From Octopus bimaculoides (taxonomy: Eukaryota), in contig NC_068997.1 of the NCBI RefSeq assembly GCF_001194135.2, forward strand, positions 12,423,923-12,487,922: DNA of 64,000 nt, read 5' to 3'. The number at the start of each line of letters is the position of its first letter. The first letter of the stretch is position 1. This document shows positions 1-11,650 of this stretch, in pieces. The position numbers and the translations under genes are program-made. Under the pieces are notes generated by a model. It searched no databases and was not told the origin of the DNA. It saw only the letters and a program-made list of their open reading frames with translations.

Positions 1-95
1 GAACCTGCAGCACCGACTGTAGCTGCTCCAGCACCAATGTATTTTGCTGCCTGATCAATATCGTTTCGTACAGAGCTGGTCTGGAAAAATCGTAC
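1..95 (-). CDS. ATP5MC: ATP synthase F0 subunit c (proteolipid), coding exon 4, truncated by window edge
   Basis: Translates [32 protein letters not shown], matching the RxFQTS end of the presequence and the conserved mature c-subunit start (vertebrate [21 protein letters not shown]). Acceptor AG at 97-96, phase 0. Confidence 0.97.
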
Positions 96-228
96 CTGTT
101 GCAGTAGAAAAATTATCAAATATGTAGCATGAGCTAGAAGGTGAGATAATGATAAACTTATGCTAAAAAAATGAGCAAAGAATAAGACAAAAAAAAAAAC
201 AAAAAGAGAAGAGTAAAGCATGACAAAC

Positions 229-318
229 CTGGTTCTGGATTAGGGAAAGCATTTGTGATTGTGAAATAGAAAAGCTAGTGCAGCTAGCCAATGGCACAAG
301 AGACTGAGACTGTGAGTT
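229..318 (-). CDS. ATP5MC: ATP synthase subunit c, coding exon 3 (presequence)
   Basis: 90-nt phase 0/0 exon NSQSQSLVPLASCTSFSISQSQMLSLIQNQ. Acceptor TTTTTCAG, donor CAG|GTTTGT. S/Q-rich with no acidic residues, as expected for a mitochondrial targeting peptide. Confidence 0.8.
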
Positions 319-377
319 CTGAAAAATTAAACAAAAAAATTTGTAATGATTCAGATTGAGAAAATGCATCAAGCCAA

Positions 378-700
378 GTAAAATTGCTGTCATCCATACA
401 TACAGGCTTGTCCTTTACAGGTGCCAGTACCATGTACCATCACTGGCATCCATACTTACAGACCTGTCCTCTACAGGTGCCAGTACCATGTACTATCACT
501 GGCATCCATACATACAGGCCTGTCCTCTACAGGTGCCAGTACCATGTACTATCACTGGCATCCATACATACAGGCCTGTCCTGTACAGGTGCCAGTACCA
601 TGTAAAATTGCTGTCATCCATACATACAGGCCTGTCCTCTACAGGTGCCAGCATCATGTAAAATTGCTGTCATCCATATATACAGGTGTCAGCGCCATGT
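378..700 (+). repeat. 56-bp minisatellite (~6 units) inside an RTE-tailed SINE-like element
   Basis: GTGCCAGT recurs at 421, 477, 533, 589 and 645. Followed by an RTE-type tail (GCCAGCATGGAAAAC..GTTAAACAATGATGA) at ~820-860. Confidence 0.9.
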
Positions 701-989
701 AGAATGCATTCACACCAGTGCTGTGTAAATGCAGCCAGCACACACTAAAGTGGTTGTGAGGAAGGAACCATGCCACTACAGACAATTTGGAGTCTGAATG
801 GCAACTGTCAAGCCGTGCAACCGATGCCAGCATGGAAAACATGTTAAACAATGATGAATACATTGCTAAAATCTATGTGATGTACAACTTAACATTTACT
901 GAATTAATATCTACACTTAAGACCAACAGGCTATTTGATCAGAGTATGTTAAAGTATAAAGGTTTAGGTCAAGTCCAAGGGTGATGAAA

Positions 990-1175
990 GGCGGCGAGCT
1001 GCCAGAAACACTTAGTAGTACTTCGTCTGTCTTTACGTCTCGAGTTCAAATTCCGATGAGGTCGATTTTGCCTTTTGGGAGGTCAATAAATTCAGTACCA
1101 GTTGCATACTGGGGTTGATTTAATTGACTGGCCCCTTTCACCAAAATTTCGGGCTTTGTGTCAAGAGTAGAAAAT
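990..1175 (+). mobile_element. tRNA-derived SINE, family A (octopus OK/Nin-domain-like)
   Basis: GGCGGCGAGCT..CAGAA head, B box GAGTTCAAATTCC, GTCGA.TTTGCCTTT core. Many further copies in the window. Confidence 0.85.
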
Positions 1176-1426
1176 ACAAGGGAGATGAACAGATTTAATT
1201 TTGATTTCTAACTCAATTTGCGCTTTGACCTCAAGTGTGTAAACATCAAATATGAATGGGGGTGGGTGGTGAAATCTATTCATAACATTGACAAAGGTGC
1301 ATTAGACCACTTGTAAAGAACCATCTTCTCTAAGATATTCCTGGGCACTGTAACATTGGTTATTCAAAATCAAATTTTAGTGGGTAACAAAAAACTCGCC
1401 AAAACAAAAGTTTTAATAAAGCTTAC

Positions 1427-1486
1427 CTCTTGCATTGGTATCACAGTGGAACCTAGAGGTCTCAGAGCCGACCTGCTGCTGGTAAG
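1427..1486 (-). CDS. ATP5MC: ATP synthase subunit c, coding exon 2 (presequence)
   Basis: 60-nt phase 0/0 exon LTSSRSALRPLGSTVIPMQE; contains the LRPL motif typical of subunit-c presequences. Acceptor TATTCTAG, donor GAG|GTAAGC. Confidence 0.88.
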
Positions 1487-4333
1487 CTAGAATATAGGAA
1501 AAGAATGGAATCAAAAGATGATGAATAAAAATTCAAAAAGAGTATCCAAGTACAATTTAAAATAGATGGGGTAAAAAAAAAAAAATCATGTCAATGCTAG
1601 TAGCAACAAGCTATCACCTTGAAAAATAGAAACCCACTAGAAACAGCAGCCTCCCCACCTTATCAGCTTTTTTAAAAAGTGGGAATGAATTTACTTCGAC
1701 GTTCCATACTTCATGATAAAAGAAAAGGATATATTTTCTTTGTTTTAAATATTCCTTGATTTCAAACAACGGAAATTACGATTCTGAAAGTTAATTTTAA
1801 ATTTATTCCCAAAGCATTGTATCTTTTTCTTTCTAATGAGGTAATGGGGCCTTAGGAGGCAGCTAGTCCAAAATTCCGAATGAAGTACGACAGTAGAGGT
1901 TATCCTGACCGAGTACTTGTGCGACCGTAAAAACTCGAAGATATTCGAAAACTACCATTTAACAAGTGGTCATCACGTTATGTAATGTCTGATCAATAAT
2001 TGTCAGATTCATTTTCAGTCATGTCGCTAAATGATCTAAATGATTATTACCGCTTAAATAAATTTAAAAAATAAAATAATTTATTTACTAATTTAAAAAA
2101 AACTATCCGACCAACATAGCTTTGGGTTTTTTTTTTTTTTTAATCAATGAGAAAAACCATTTAAAAATTCTAGTAAGACTAGACTTAAAAATTCTTTGTC
2201 CATATTCGTTTACTGTTAGTTGTAATTCTGGCAGATATACCAAATTATAAAAATACATCAAACAACGCAATGCGGCATGAAATTAGTCAAGATGAAGCGA
2301 ATAGTGTGACTTTTGTCGAAATGATTAACAGATAAAAAAAAAAATAATAATAATAATCTCAAAGTAAACTTGAGACAAGATATCTTAAGCAATTTAGTTT
2401 CTAGGACATTTCAATGACACAGGTGAAACTGTTAATTAAGACAAGTTGTTCGAGGTGAAATTAAGGAAAAAAGGGCATTTTTAGGTGTGACCTTAAGTGA
2501 CCTTCGTAAACAACGAACGGTTTTGTTGACTGCATAGGAAAAAGGAAAACTAAGTAAATAGCTAAGGTTTCTTATTGAACACATGACTGGTTAGGGTCAA
2601 ATTTGGGACAAATACAGAAAGAAAAAAAACGAGGGAGAGAGAGTGATAGAGAAGTACAGAATGATAGAGAGATATACAAAAGATGCAGACAGAACGTAAG
2701 ACAATGGAGGGTCACGAAATCAATAAAAATGTCTAAACCCCATCACTGTAGGACAAACCTATAAGCAAAGTTATGGTAACCGGAACCCTTTTATTTTCTC
2801 AATGGTACTTGGGGGTTACATTATCCAGTGTATCTTTCACTTGCAATTTAACTGCTATTTCTAGCAGATGAACCCACCATATTTAAGACAGTTACTGCAT
2901 CGCCCAAGATTAAAGCTTAGCCTCAGGCAAATTCTAAATCAAGCCAACCTGGCCGAAAGCATTGCCAGCCATCCGTGAACATCACGTCTTTTAAAAGGGT
3001 GTTGGTGGTGTAGAACTACATTATGCAATTTGCCCTCCCCCCCACACATTTTAAGACGGTACTGCGACCACGTAGAGGCTACCTTGAAGGGAGGTTACTC
3101 TAGATTTGTGGCTAAATTATTATGGAGAGTAGGGAGGTGACCTCAGTGGAAAACCACTAAATGAAATTCATTAGGAGTTATGGAGACATCAAGCATTTAC
3201 ATACACAGGAGATATACATTGGAGACATTATATAATATGTAATATATAAAGGAATCTCATGTATATTCCCGATCTCCCATTGATAAAACGGTTATATAGT
3301 CATATTACGTTACACTGCTGAGAAAATAAAATCGAAATATATTCAGCTTTCACGTAAGCATATGAAAAGCACATTTGGAAGGAAAGTGGGAGGTAAAAGG
3401 AAAATGAATTATGTGGCATTCATGACTTTCTGAAGGGCATTTGAAAATTAACAGCATGTAATGGTAGTTTTGATTATAATTACAAAGGGTTGTAAGGTGC
3501 ATGACTTCCTCAAGGGCGTTAGATAAGCGAGATTAAACGAAAAGCCAACGGAGAGAGAGAAACGAAACCGTGTCACGATCTAGTCGAGACCAAAATGCTG
3601 CAGAGTACTGCCTACTACATCAACTTAACAGCTAAGATCTCTGCAGAAGAAAATAAGATGTTGGGACATATATGCCCCTCTCAAGGACAACAGATTTTGA
3701 AAGAGTAGAGTTTTCCGATTAGGAATCGAAACTGGAATCACAGGATCAGATAACTAGGCACTAAAAATGCACTTGCTACGGTTCATTTGGGGGAAATGCT
3801 AGTTGAAAAACATTTTTTATGAATCTCAGAGATTTATATAAAGGGCAAAGCGAACTGATTAAACTGAATTAAATCAGGCGATAGGACATCGATTACAAAG
3901 GAAAATACAGAACAAAAACGTCGATCTTTTAAATATATTTCTAGATAATCCTATTTGAGCAGTAAATAAGTATATAACAAAATACTACACGCGACAGACT
4001 TAAAACAGGATGAAAGTAGAACAGCGGAAAAATAGGGTGTGTGATTTGAATTAGGTGAATATTAAAGAGACAGGTATCTGAAATAAATGACTGGTGTGAA
4101 GAGGTAAGGATAAAGCAATGAAGGTAAAATCATATGAGCAAAAACAATTTGCCCTTGAGAGGGAAGGAATAAAATATTGGTTACTAGAATGGAGGGGAAA
4201 ATGTATTTATAGGACCAATAGAATATAAATTTGACCTTCAAACAAGTGAAATTTTCAATTGGCATGCATTAATAATTGAGGAAAATGATTAATGAATTTT
4301 TGAATTTAACGAAGTAAAATGTAAATTACGAAC

Positions 4334-4378
4334 CATGCAGCGAGTAGCCGAGGGGATGTATCTGGTGCAGGCGTACAT
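4334..4378 (-). CDS. ATP5MC: ATP synthase subunit c, first coding exon
   Basis: ATG at 4378-4376, MYACTRYIPSATRCM, phase-0 donor ATG|GTTCGT. The exon has an upstream acceptor (TTCTTCAG at 4413-4412), implying a non-coding exon 1, possibly ~4690-4638 (donor GCG|GTTAAG). Confidence 0.82.
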
Positions 4379-4411
4379 ATTTCTCAACAGTGAGTTTTAC
4401 CCAAGGTAAAC

Positions 4412-4951
4412 CTGAAGAAAATAGAAAAAGAAAGAAAAAAATGCCGGCTGAAGGTTAGTTGGAGGATAAAGAACAGGGGGGAAAATCCGAAGAAACTGTA
4501 ATAAAAGATAGTAACTGTTAATTTTTTTTCTTAAACAACTGAATGTTGAATGCAAAAGCTTTTCTAAAATCCAAGTAAGAAATAATGATGGCAAAAATTT
4601 ACCAGTTAATAAGATGGATTGATCAGGGTAGCTTAACCGCAGAGACGACTCGACAGACTGATTGATCAAGTCAAGAGGGAGAGACCAACTCACGCATGCG
4701 TAAGGCAGCTATTTCAATTCGTTTCGAGATTAGGCCTAGTTTGAGAATATTTTTTTTTTACTATCAATATTTATTATTAAAGTTGACAGATTTGTCTATG
4801 AAATTGAATGCATAATGTATATATTTAGCTAAAATTAAAAACAATATTGTTATTTTATATTTCATGACGGAAATTCACGAATGAATTCCGTCAACCACAT
4901 GCGTAGCGGCCTGCGTGCATATGGCTACCTTGAGTCTGTAGAAGTTGGCAA
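4412..4951. promoter_or_regulatory. Bidirectional promoter region shared by ATP5MC (-) and JAZF1 (+)
   Basis: Lies between divergent start codons. Palindrome ACGCATGCGT (NRF1-like) at 4692-4701, further GCG/TGCG motifs at ~4898-4920, and YY1-like AAATGGCG overlapping the JAZF1 ATG. Confidence 0.7.
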
Positions 4952-5051
4952 ATGGCGGTGTTTCTCATTAATAACTGTCAATTTCAAGGATGCGGACTGC
5001 GATTTACGACATTAACAGAACTCATACAACATATAGAAGACACTCATTTAG
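4952..5051 (+). CDS. JAZF1: JAZF1 coding exon 1 (zinc finger 1)
   Basis: MAVFLINNCQFQGCGLRFTTLTELIQHIEDTHL(G), compare human FFSNTCRFGGCGLHFPTLADLIEHIEDNHI. Phase-1 donor G|GTAGGT. Confidence 0.93.
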
Positions 5052-5629
5052 GTAGGTTCTTCTGCTGCTCTTACTTCTGTATCATTTCCTCGGTAATAAC
5101 CAATTGAAGTGAGGCCCCGGCCCGACTTACGCTCAGATCCATCACTCCTTGCTTGAATCACTTCGATTGAAAACAAGTTTGTTTACATTCACATTTCTAT
5201 TGGAAATACTTGTACATCGTCTTTCTTTCAACGCTCTTTGGCATGACATGCATTGTGCATTTACACTGAGGAATATTTAATATTATTGCACGGATGATTG
5301 GCGGAGCGCAGCGGACAGATAACGGTGGTGGGGTTAGCTCCCGGCGAACCGAGTCTGCGACCCGGTTTCGTTTCCTGGTTGTAAAGCTGTTGTTATTTCC
5401 AACAATGATGTTAATTACAAACACACGAACCTCACACGATCTATTTTCTCTTATATACCCACGAATCTGAACGATTTAAGGTTGTGTATATAGAAATGAT
5501 CGTCTTTACACGATCATGTCCGCGAATTGTCAACGCGACTGCTGTCTTGCAACCAGTTCTCCGCCTTGTTTGCTTGTTATGAAGGTGTGGTGTCTGATAG
5601 CTTTTGCCGGTATTGAACACAGCTGGTCA

Positions 5630-5830
5630 CATCTATCTATCCATCCATCCATCCACCCATAAGTCTGTCTGTCTATCTATCTATCTATCTATCTATCTGC
5701 GTATGTACGTATATATGTGTGTATGTACTTATGCACGTAAGCACGTATGTATGAATGTATCTATCTATCTATCTATCTATCTGTCTGTCTGTCTATCCAT
5801 CTATCCATCGATCTATCTCTTGTACGTCTA
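5630..5830. repeat. (CTAT)n/(CATC)n/(TATG)n microsatellite mosaic
   Basis: Direct inspection; one of dozens of (CA)n, (TA)n, (CT)n, (GAT)n, (ATT)n and (ACC)n tracts, many abutting N-gaps. Confidence 0.95.
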
Positions 5831-6190
5831 TGCATCTACACATAAGTCACACACACATGCGTACATCATAAACTTACCTACATGTATACATACATACTGA
5901 AATACGCCCTAACAGCTGCATGCCATCCATGTCATATCACAAAAATGGCTCGACTGTCATGTTATCCAGCTCGTCTATGCAGTGTAATGTTATCATATAT
6001 CCAAATTTATTAATTATATCTGCTCTGTCCGCACCACCACTACCGCCTTCTCTGATTATCTCTACGCACGTACACACACGCATGTGTATGTGTGCATAGA
6101 TATATGCATCGTATATATATATCCAAAGAGTGTGTGTGTGTGTGTATCAGCAAATAAGTGTGCATGCACATGTTAATGGGCGATTGTGTT

Positions 6191-6233
<43 letters not shown>

Positions 6234-7057
6234 NNNNNNNNNNNNNNNNNNNNNNNNNNNNNNNNNNNNNNNNNNNNNNNNNNNNNNNNNNNNNNNNNNN
6301 NNNNNNNNNNNNNNNNNNNNNNNNNNNNNNNNNNNNNNNNNNNNNNNNNNNNNNNNNNNNNNNNNNNNNNNNNNNNNNNNNNNNNNNNNNNNNNNNNNNN
6401 NNNNNNNNNNNNNNNNNNNNNNNNNNNNNNNNNNNNNNNNNNNNNNNNNNNNNNNNNNNNNNNNNNNNNNNNNNNNNNNNNNNNNNNNNNNNNNNNNNNN
6501 NNNNNNNNNNNNNNNNNNNNNNNNNNNNNNNNNNNNNNNNNNNNNNNNNNNNNNNNNNNNNNNNNNNNNNNNNNNNNNNNNNNNNNNNNNNNNNNNNNNN
6601 NNNNNNNNNNNNNNNNNNNNNNNNNNNNNNNNNNNNNNNNNNNNNNNNNNNNNNNNNNNNNNNNNNNNNNNNNNNNNNNNNNNNNNNNNNNNNNNNNNNN
6701 NNNNNNNNNNNNNNNNNNNNNNNNNNNNNNNNNNNNNNNNNNNNNNNNNNNNNNNNNNNNNNNNNNNNNNNNNNNNNNNNNNNNNNNNNNNNNNNNNNNN
6801 NNNNNNNNNNNNNNNNNNNNNNNNNNNNNNNNNNNNNNNNNNNNNNNNNNNNNNNNNNNNNNNNNNNNNNNNNNNNNNNNNNNNNNNNNNNNNNNNNNNN
6901 NNNNNNNNNNNNNNNNNNNNNNNNNNNNNNNNNNNNNNNNNNNNNNNNNNNNNNNNNNNNNNNNNNNNNNNNNNNNNNNNNNNNNNNNNNNNNNNNNNNN
7001 NNNNNNNNNNNNNNNNNNNNNNNNNNNNNNNNNNNNNNNNNNNNNNNNNNNNNNNNN

Positions 7058-7126
<69 letters not shown>

Positions 7127-7719
7127 ACATCTATATATGTAGGAAGGTGTGTATTTCTGTATTTGTGTCATGGAAACTTAGCTTATTGAGTGAATGAGAA
7201 GTTTATCGTGTCCCAGGTTCGACCTCACTGTGTGTATATGTGTGTGTGTGTATGCATGTGTGACATTTCGGGCCACTAACTTTTACTGTCAGCTCAGGTC
7301 TTTCAGCCGAAATTGGGTTGACTGAAACTTTGTGGAAGCTTGTAGCGTGGATCGTACCTTTAAATTCAAGCTTCTCGCCCTGCTTGTCACGTTATTGATG
7401 ATGGTGACTCCACCCGAGAATTTTTCATTGGCAGCACTTGAAGTGAATGTTAATCCACATGCACGTTAATTTAGAGAGTGTGGGGGGGGGGGAGAATTAA
7501 AATTGTAAAACTGCCAGAGGATCTATCATCATTGTATATGTCTGTGTGACAGTTTCATCGTAGAAGAATCATTTTCAGCCATTTAAAAACATTTAAAATT
7601 CGTCGCATTCATTTCCCGGTTGTTGCCTGTTAGACAATGTCTTATGTAAGTTCGTCTGCAATACTATTCCATTTAATAAAGATGTATGTGTAAATATAGT
7701 GTCAAGTACGAGTGCTTCA

Positions 7720-7755
<36 letters not shown>

Positions 7756-8314
7756 CATAGGTCCCTATATAGATATATATACACACTCACACACACATAT
7801 GCACATTTATAAACATATATACAATACAATGCTTCACCAAAACCACTTTTTTATACATACACACACACACACACACACACACCAAGTGCGGCCCCAGGAA
7901 TTTTTTGAAGGGAAGGCACCAAGTCAGAAGGGAATGCAATTCTAGGAGAAAAGAGCATAATAACATTATTTAGAAGGGCGCACTTCTTTTCTTGGGCATG
8001 CGCTCCTTAGGCCCCCTCCTTGGGTCCGCCCCTGCACACACATGGAAGAAGCTGGAATATAAAAAGTGCCAGTTAGATATCTCAGCTGCATAGTTGGTTT
8101 AAACGTTGTCCCAAAAACCATTTCCTCAAAGTGTTCCATCTGTGTTGGCCATCACTGGGGAACAACAGCAACCCTTCTTCTTGTTGATGTAGGTCACACC
8201 CCTTTTGGAAGTATGTTCCATGACCTTTGGTAATTTGTTGTGCTTAGGAAGACTTGACAAGCCAAGTGAAATTGTAGTTTTTGGCCAGTGCCAATGACAC
8301 AAAACAGCTTCTGT

Positions 8315-8564
8315 GCCGGCGACGCGTAAAAGCACCCATGCCAGCGACGCGTAAAAATACCTGTGCCGTCGACACGTAAAAGCACAAATGCTGGTGATGC
8401 GTAAAAGCATTTGTGCCGGCGATGTATGAAAGCACCCATGCCGGTGACATGTAGAAGCACCCGTGCCGGTGATGCGTAAAAGCATTTGTGCCGGCGATGT
8501 GTGAAAGCACCCATGCCGGTGACATGTAGAAGCACCCGTGCCGGTGATGCGTAAAAACATCCGG
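8315..8564 (+). repeat. 25-bp VNTR, 10 units, with a 75-bp higher-order repeat
   Basis: Unit GCCGGYGAYRYGTAAAAGCAYYYRT begins every 25 nt from 8315; the A-B-C triplet repeats at 8390 and 8465. Confidence 0.92.
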
Positions 8565-8589
8565 CAGCTAACTCAGCAACAGAGTGATG

Positions 8590-8945
8590 CACTGCCTTTG
8601 TATGGTCTTCCAGAAATTCTCAAAGCCAGTCTCTCATTAACACCTTTCGTCAGTTGTCAATGTTCAGTGTATCATTCACTAAATAGGTTCTTTGCAGATG
8701 TTATCAACCCACTAATAGATAAATATCAGTCCTATCAAAATATTTCAACATGACTAATAGACATAATTAAATATAGTCTTATTCATTCCAGCGAGATAGT
8801 GAGTTTGGATGTGGTGAGCCTATTTACCAAGAATCTCACAGATGAGGCTCTATCGGTAGTTGGAGATATCATGAAATTGAATTCTTCAATTGGAGAATGT
8901 ACCAGTGATCCAAAAGATAGCTTGATGGAGATGTTAACATTCAGT
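8590..8945 (+). mobile_element. Penelope-like element reverse transcriptase relic
   Basis: One frame with one stop: LPLYGLPEILKASLSLTPFVS..LNRFFADVINPL..*..VSLDVVSLFTKNLTDEAL, matching PLE RT motifs LYGLPKIHK..LRPIVS and SxDVxSLFT..DEAL. Confidence 0.8.
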
Positions 8946-9644
8946 GCACAAGCAACATCATCATCATCACCGTTTAATGTCTGCTTTCATACTGGCATGA
9001 GTTAGACAGCGCTTGATGGGAACTGGTAAGCTGGAGAGTTGCACCAGGTTCCAATCTGAATTTGGCTTGGTTTCTACAGTTGGATGCCCTTCCTAACGCC
9101 AACCACTCTGAGAGTGTAGTGTATGCCTTTTACATGTCACCGACACGGGTGCTTTTACGCATCACTGGCATGGGTGCCTTCTTATCTTGCAGTAGCTACC
9201 ATCTCCTACTAAGCTTACCAGTTTTCCTTAGTATTCCAGTTTATCAGTACCAAATGCCATTTTTCTGCCTGCTGTAGTATCATTATACTGGTACCATTCT
9301 GCAAAGTTCTAATAACCATTCTTTTCCATCTTGTGATGATCAGTTCTGAAAGCCTTGCTTTTCTTCAGTGCTTCTCTCACTTTCCATCTGATCTCATCAG
9401 ACAGACCAGTAGTAAATAGACCTCTTCTAATACAGTTGTTGAAAGCATGGCTTGTGAATGGCTGTAGAAACCATGCTGAAGCAGATACTGGAGCACAAAA
9501 CAGTCCTTGGGTCACTCAGATACTGTCAGACCATCCCAGTCCATGTGAGCATGGAAAAAGCGGATGTTAAATGATGGTGGTGGTGATGATGATGATGATG
9601 ATATATAAATGTGTGTATATTGACATTGTTGTATAAATTTGATT

Positions 9645-9930
9645 GCAGAAGATCTGTGAAGGTTAGAAGAAAGGAAATGTATTAGACATGTACTCATAAG
9701 TAGCCTAAAGAGGCGCCCTGAGAGAACAGTTGGGTATCAAAAGGATTGATTGATGTATGCAAGAGAGACAACTGCAATGGTTTTAGCCACGTGATGTGAA
9801 TGAAGGTGGATGTTGAAGGGGGGGGGGACGATTTTGGTCCTAACAATGAAGTAAACCCTGGTAGAAGAAGACCAAGCAAAACAGGAGAAGCAACATGGTG
9901 AAATCTCAGGATGCTGGCGTTGTCAGATGA
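9645..9930 (+). mobile_element. Degraded RTE LINE 3' coding relic
   Basis: Frameshifted similarity to the RTE C-terminus (LRExLGI..MQERRLRWFGHVMRM..EG.RGRPRKTW). Confidence 0.55.
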
Positions 9931-10222
9931 GATGGATAACTCAGGATGAAGAATAGCAGCATGAAAAACCCAACTATTCTATGTTAACACCTTTTATCTT
10001 TTACTTATTTCAGTCATTAGACAGCGGCCATGCTGGGGCACCACTTGAAGAATTTTTAGTTGAATGAATTGACCCCTAGGACTTTCTTTCTTTAAGCCTA
10101 GTACTTATTTTACCAGTGCTTTTTTTTTTTTTGGCTAAACTGCAAAGTTACAGGGATGTAAACACACCAACACCTGTTGTCAAGTGATGGTTTGAGACAA
10201 TCATACACACATAGATATATAA

Positions 10223-10259
<37 letters not shown>

Positions 10260-11248
10260 ATGTTCAGGTGCAATAAAGACTGTAAACAAACAGGAAACAA
10301 CTTCTATCCCATTCCAGGGTGAAAAACTAGAGGTAGTCGATAGCTTCCGCTANNNNNNNNNNNNNNNNNNNNNNNNNNNNNNNNNNNNNNNNNNNNNNNN
10401 NNNNNNNNNNNNNNNNNNNNNNNNNNNNNNNNNNNNNNNNNNNNNNNNNNNNNNNNNNNNNNNNNNNNNNNNNNNNNNNNNNNNNNNNNNNNNNNNNNNN
10501 NNNNNNNNNNNNNNNNNNNNNNNNNNNNNNNNNNNNNNNNNNNNNNNNNNNNNNNNNNNNNNNNNNNNNNNNNNNNNNNNNNNNNNNNNNNNNNNNNNNN
10601 NNNNNNNNNNNNNNNNNNNNNNNNNNNNNNNNNNNNNNNNNNNNNNNNNNNNNNNNNNNNNNNNNNNNNNNNNNNNNNNNNNNNNNNNNNNNNNNNNNNN
10701 NNNNNNNNNNNNNNNNNNNNNNNNNNNNNNNNNNNNNNNNNNNNNNNNNNNNNNNNNNNNNNNNNNNNNNNNNNNNNNNNNNNNNNNNNNNNNNNNNNNN
10801 NNNNNNNNNNNNNNNNNNNNNNNNNNNNNNNNNNNNNNNNNNNNNNNNNNNNNNNNNNNNNNNNNNNNNNNNNNNNNNNNNNNNNNNNNNNNNNNNNNNN
10901 NNNNNNNNNNNNNNNNNNNNNNNNNNNNNNNNNNNNNNNNNNNNNNNNNNNNNNNNNNNNNNNNNNNNNNNNNNNNNNNNNNNNNNNNNNNNNNNNNNNN
11001 NNNNNNNNNGGCACATAAAAGACACCATTTCGAGCGTGGCCGTTTTTGTGCGGGTGACACGTAAAAGCACCCACTACACTCTCTGAGTGGTTGGCGTTAG
11101 GAAGGGCATCCAGCTGTAGAAACTCTGCCAAATTAGATTGGAGCCTGGTGTTGCCATCCGGTTTCACCAGTCCTCAGTCAAATCGTCCAACCCATGCTAG
11201 CATGGAAAGCGGACGTTAAACGATGATGATAATGATAATGCCCACTCA

Positions 11249-11650
11249 TTGACTAGCATGCTGGTGGCATGTAAAAAGCACCATCTGAACGTGGTTGATG
11301 CCAGTTACTCCTGACTGGCTCCCATACCGGTGGTGCATAAAAAGCGCCATTCGAACATGGTTGATGTCAGTACCCCCTGAGTGGCTCCTGTGCCAGTGGC
11401 ATGTAAAGAGCACAACCAAGGTGTGGTCGATGCCAGTGCCGTTTGATTGGCTCCCATGTCGGTGGCACATAAAAAGCACCCACTACACGCTCAGAGTGGT
11501 TGGCATGAGGAAAGGCATCCAGCTGTAGAAATCTTGCCAGATCAGATTGGAGCCTGGTGCAACCTCCTGGCTTGCCAGTCCTCAGTCAAACCATCCAACC
11601 CATGCTAGCACGGAAAGCAGACATTAAATGATGATGATGATGATGATGAT
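11249..11650 (+). mobile_element. RTE-tailed SINE, family C, with internal ~66-bp repeats and (GAT)n tail
   Basis: GGCAC.TAAAAAGCACC units, then GTTGGC.T.AGGAAGGGCATCCAGCTGTAGAAA and a (GAT)n tail. Other copies at ~11010-11230, 12320-12550(-), 13010-13340, 17690-18530, 22110-22400(-), 47330-47605, 48430-48780, 53025-53320(-). Confidence 0.85.

Noticed and set aside
378-700. CRISPR-like appearance of hairpin-containing repeat arrays (also 8315-8564 and 11260-11470)
   Set aside because: Units are contiguous with no unique spacers, sit inside SINEs in a eukaryotic intron, and there are no cas genes.
6130-7197. Long ORFs in all six frames here and at 10304-11167, 14390-14872, 23169-23801, 32062-32632, 35454-36339, 36993-37925, 54288-54867, 57014-57409 and 58335-58983
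   Set aside because: They are open only because they cross N-gaps and microsatellites.
9370-9400. CUGAUGA..GAAA on the minus strand
   Set aside because: Stem II cannot close and there is no stem III/NUH; similar isolated CUGAUGA hits at ~20727 and ~30497 were also discarded.
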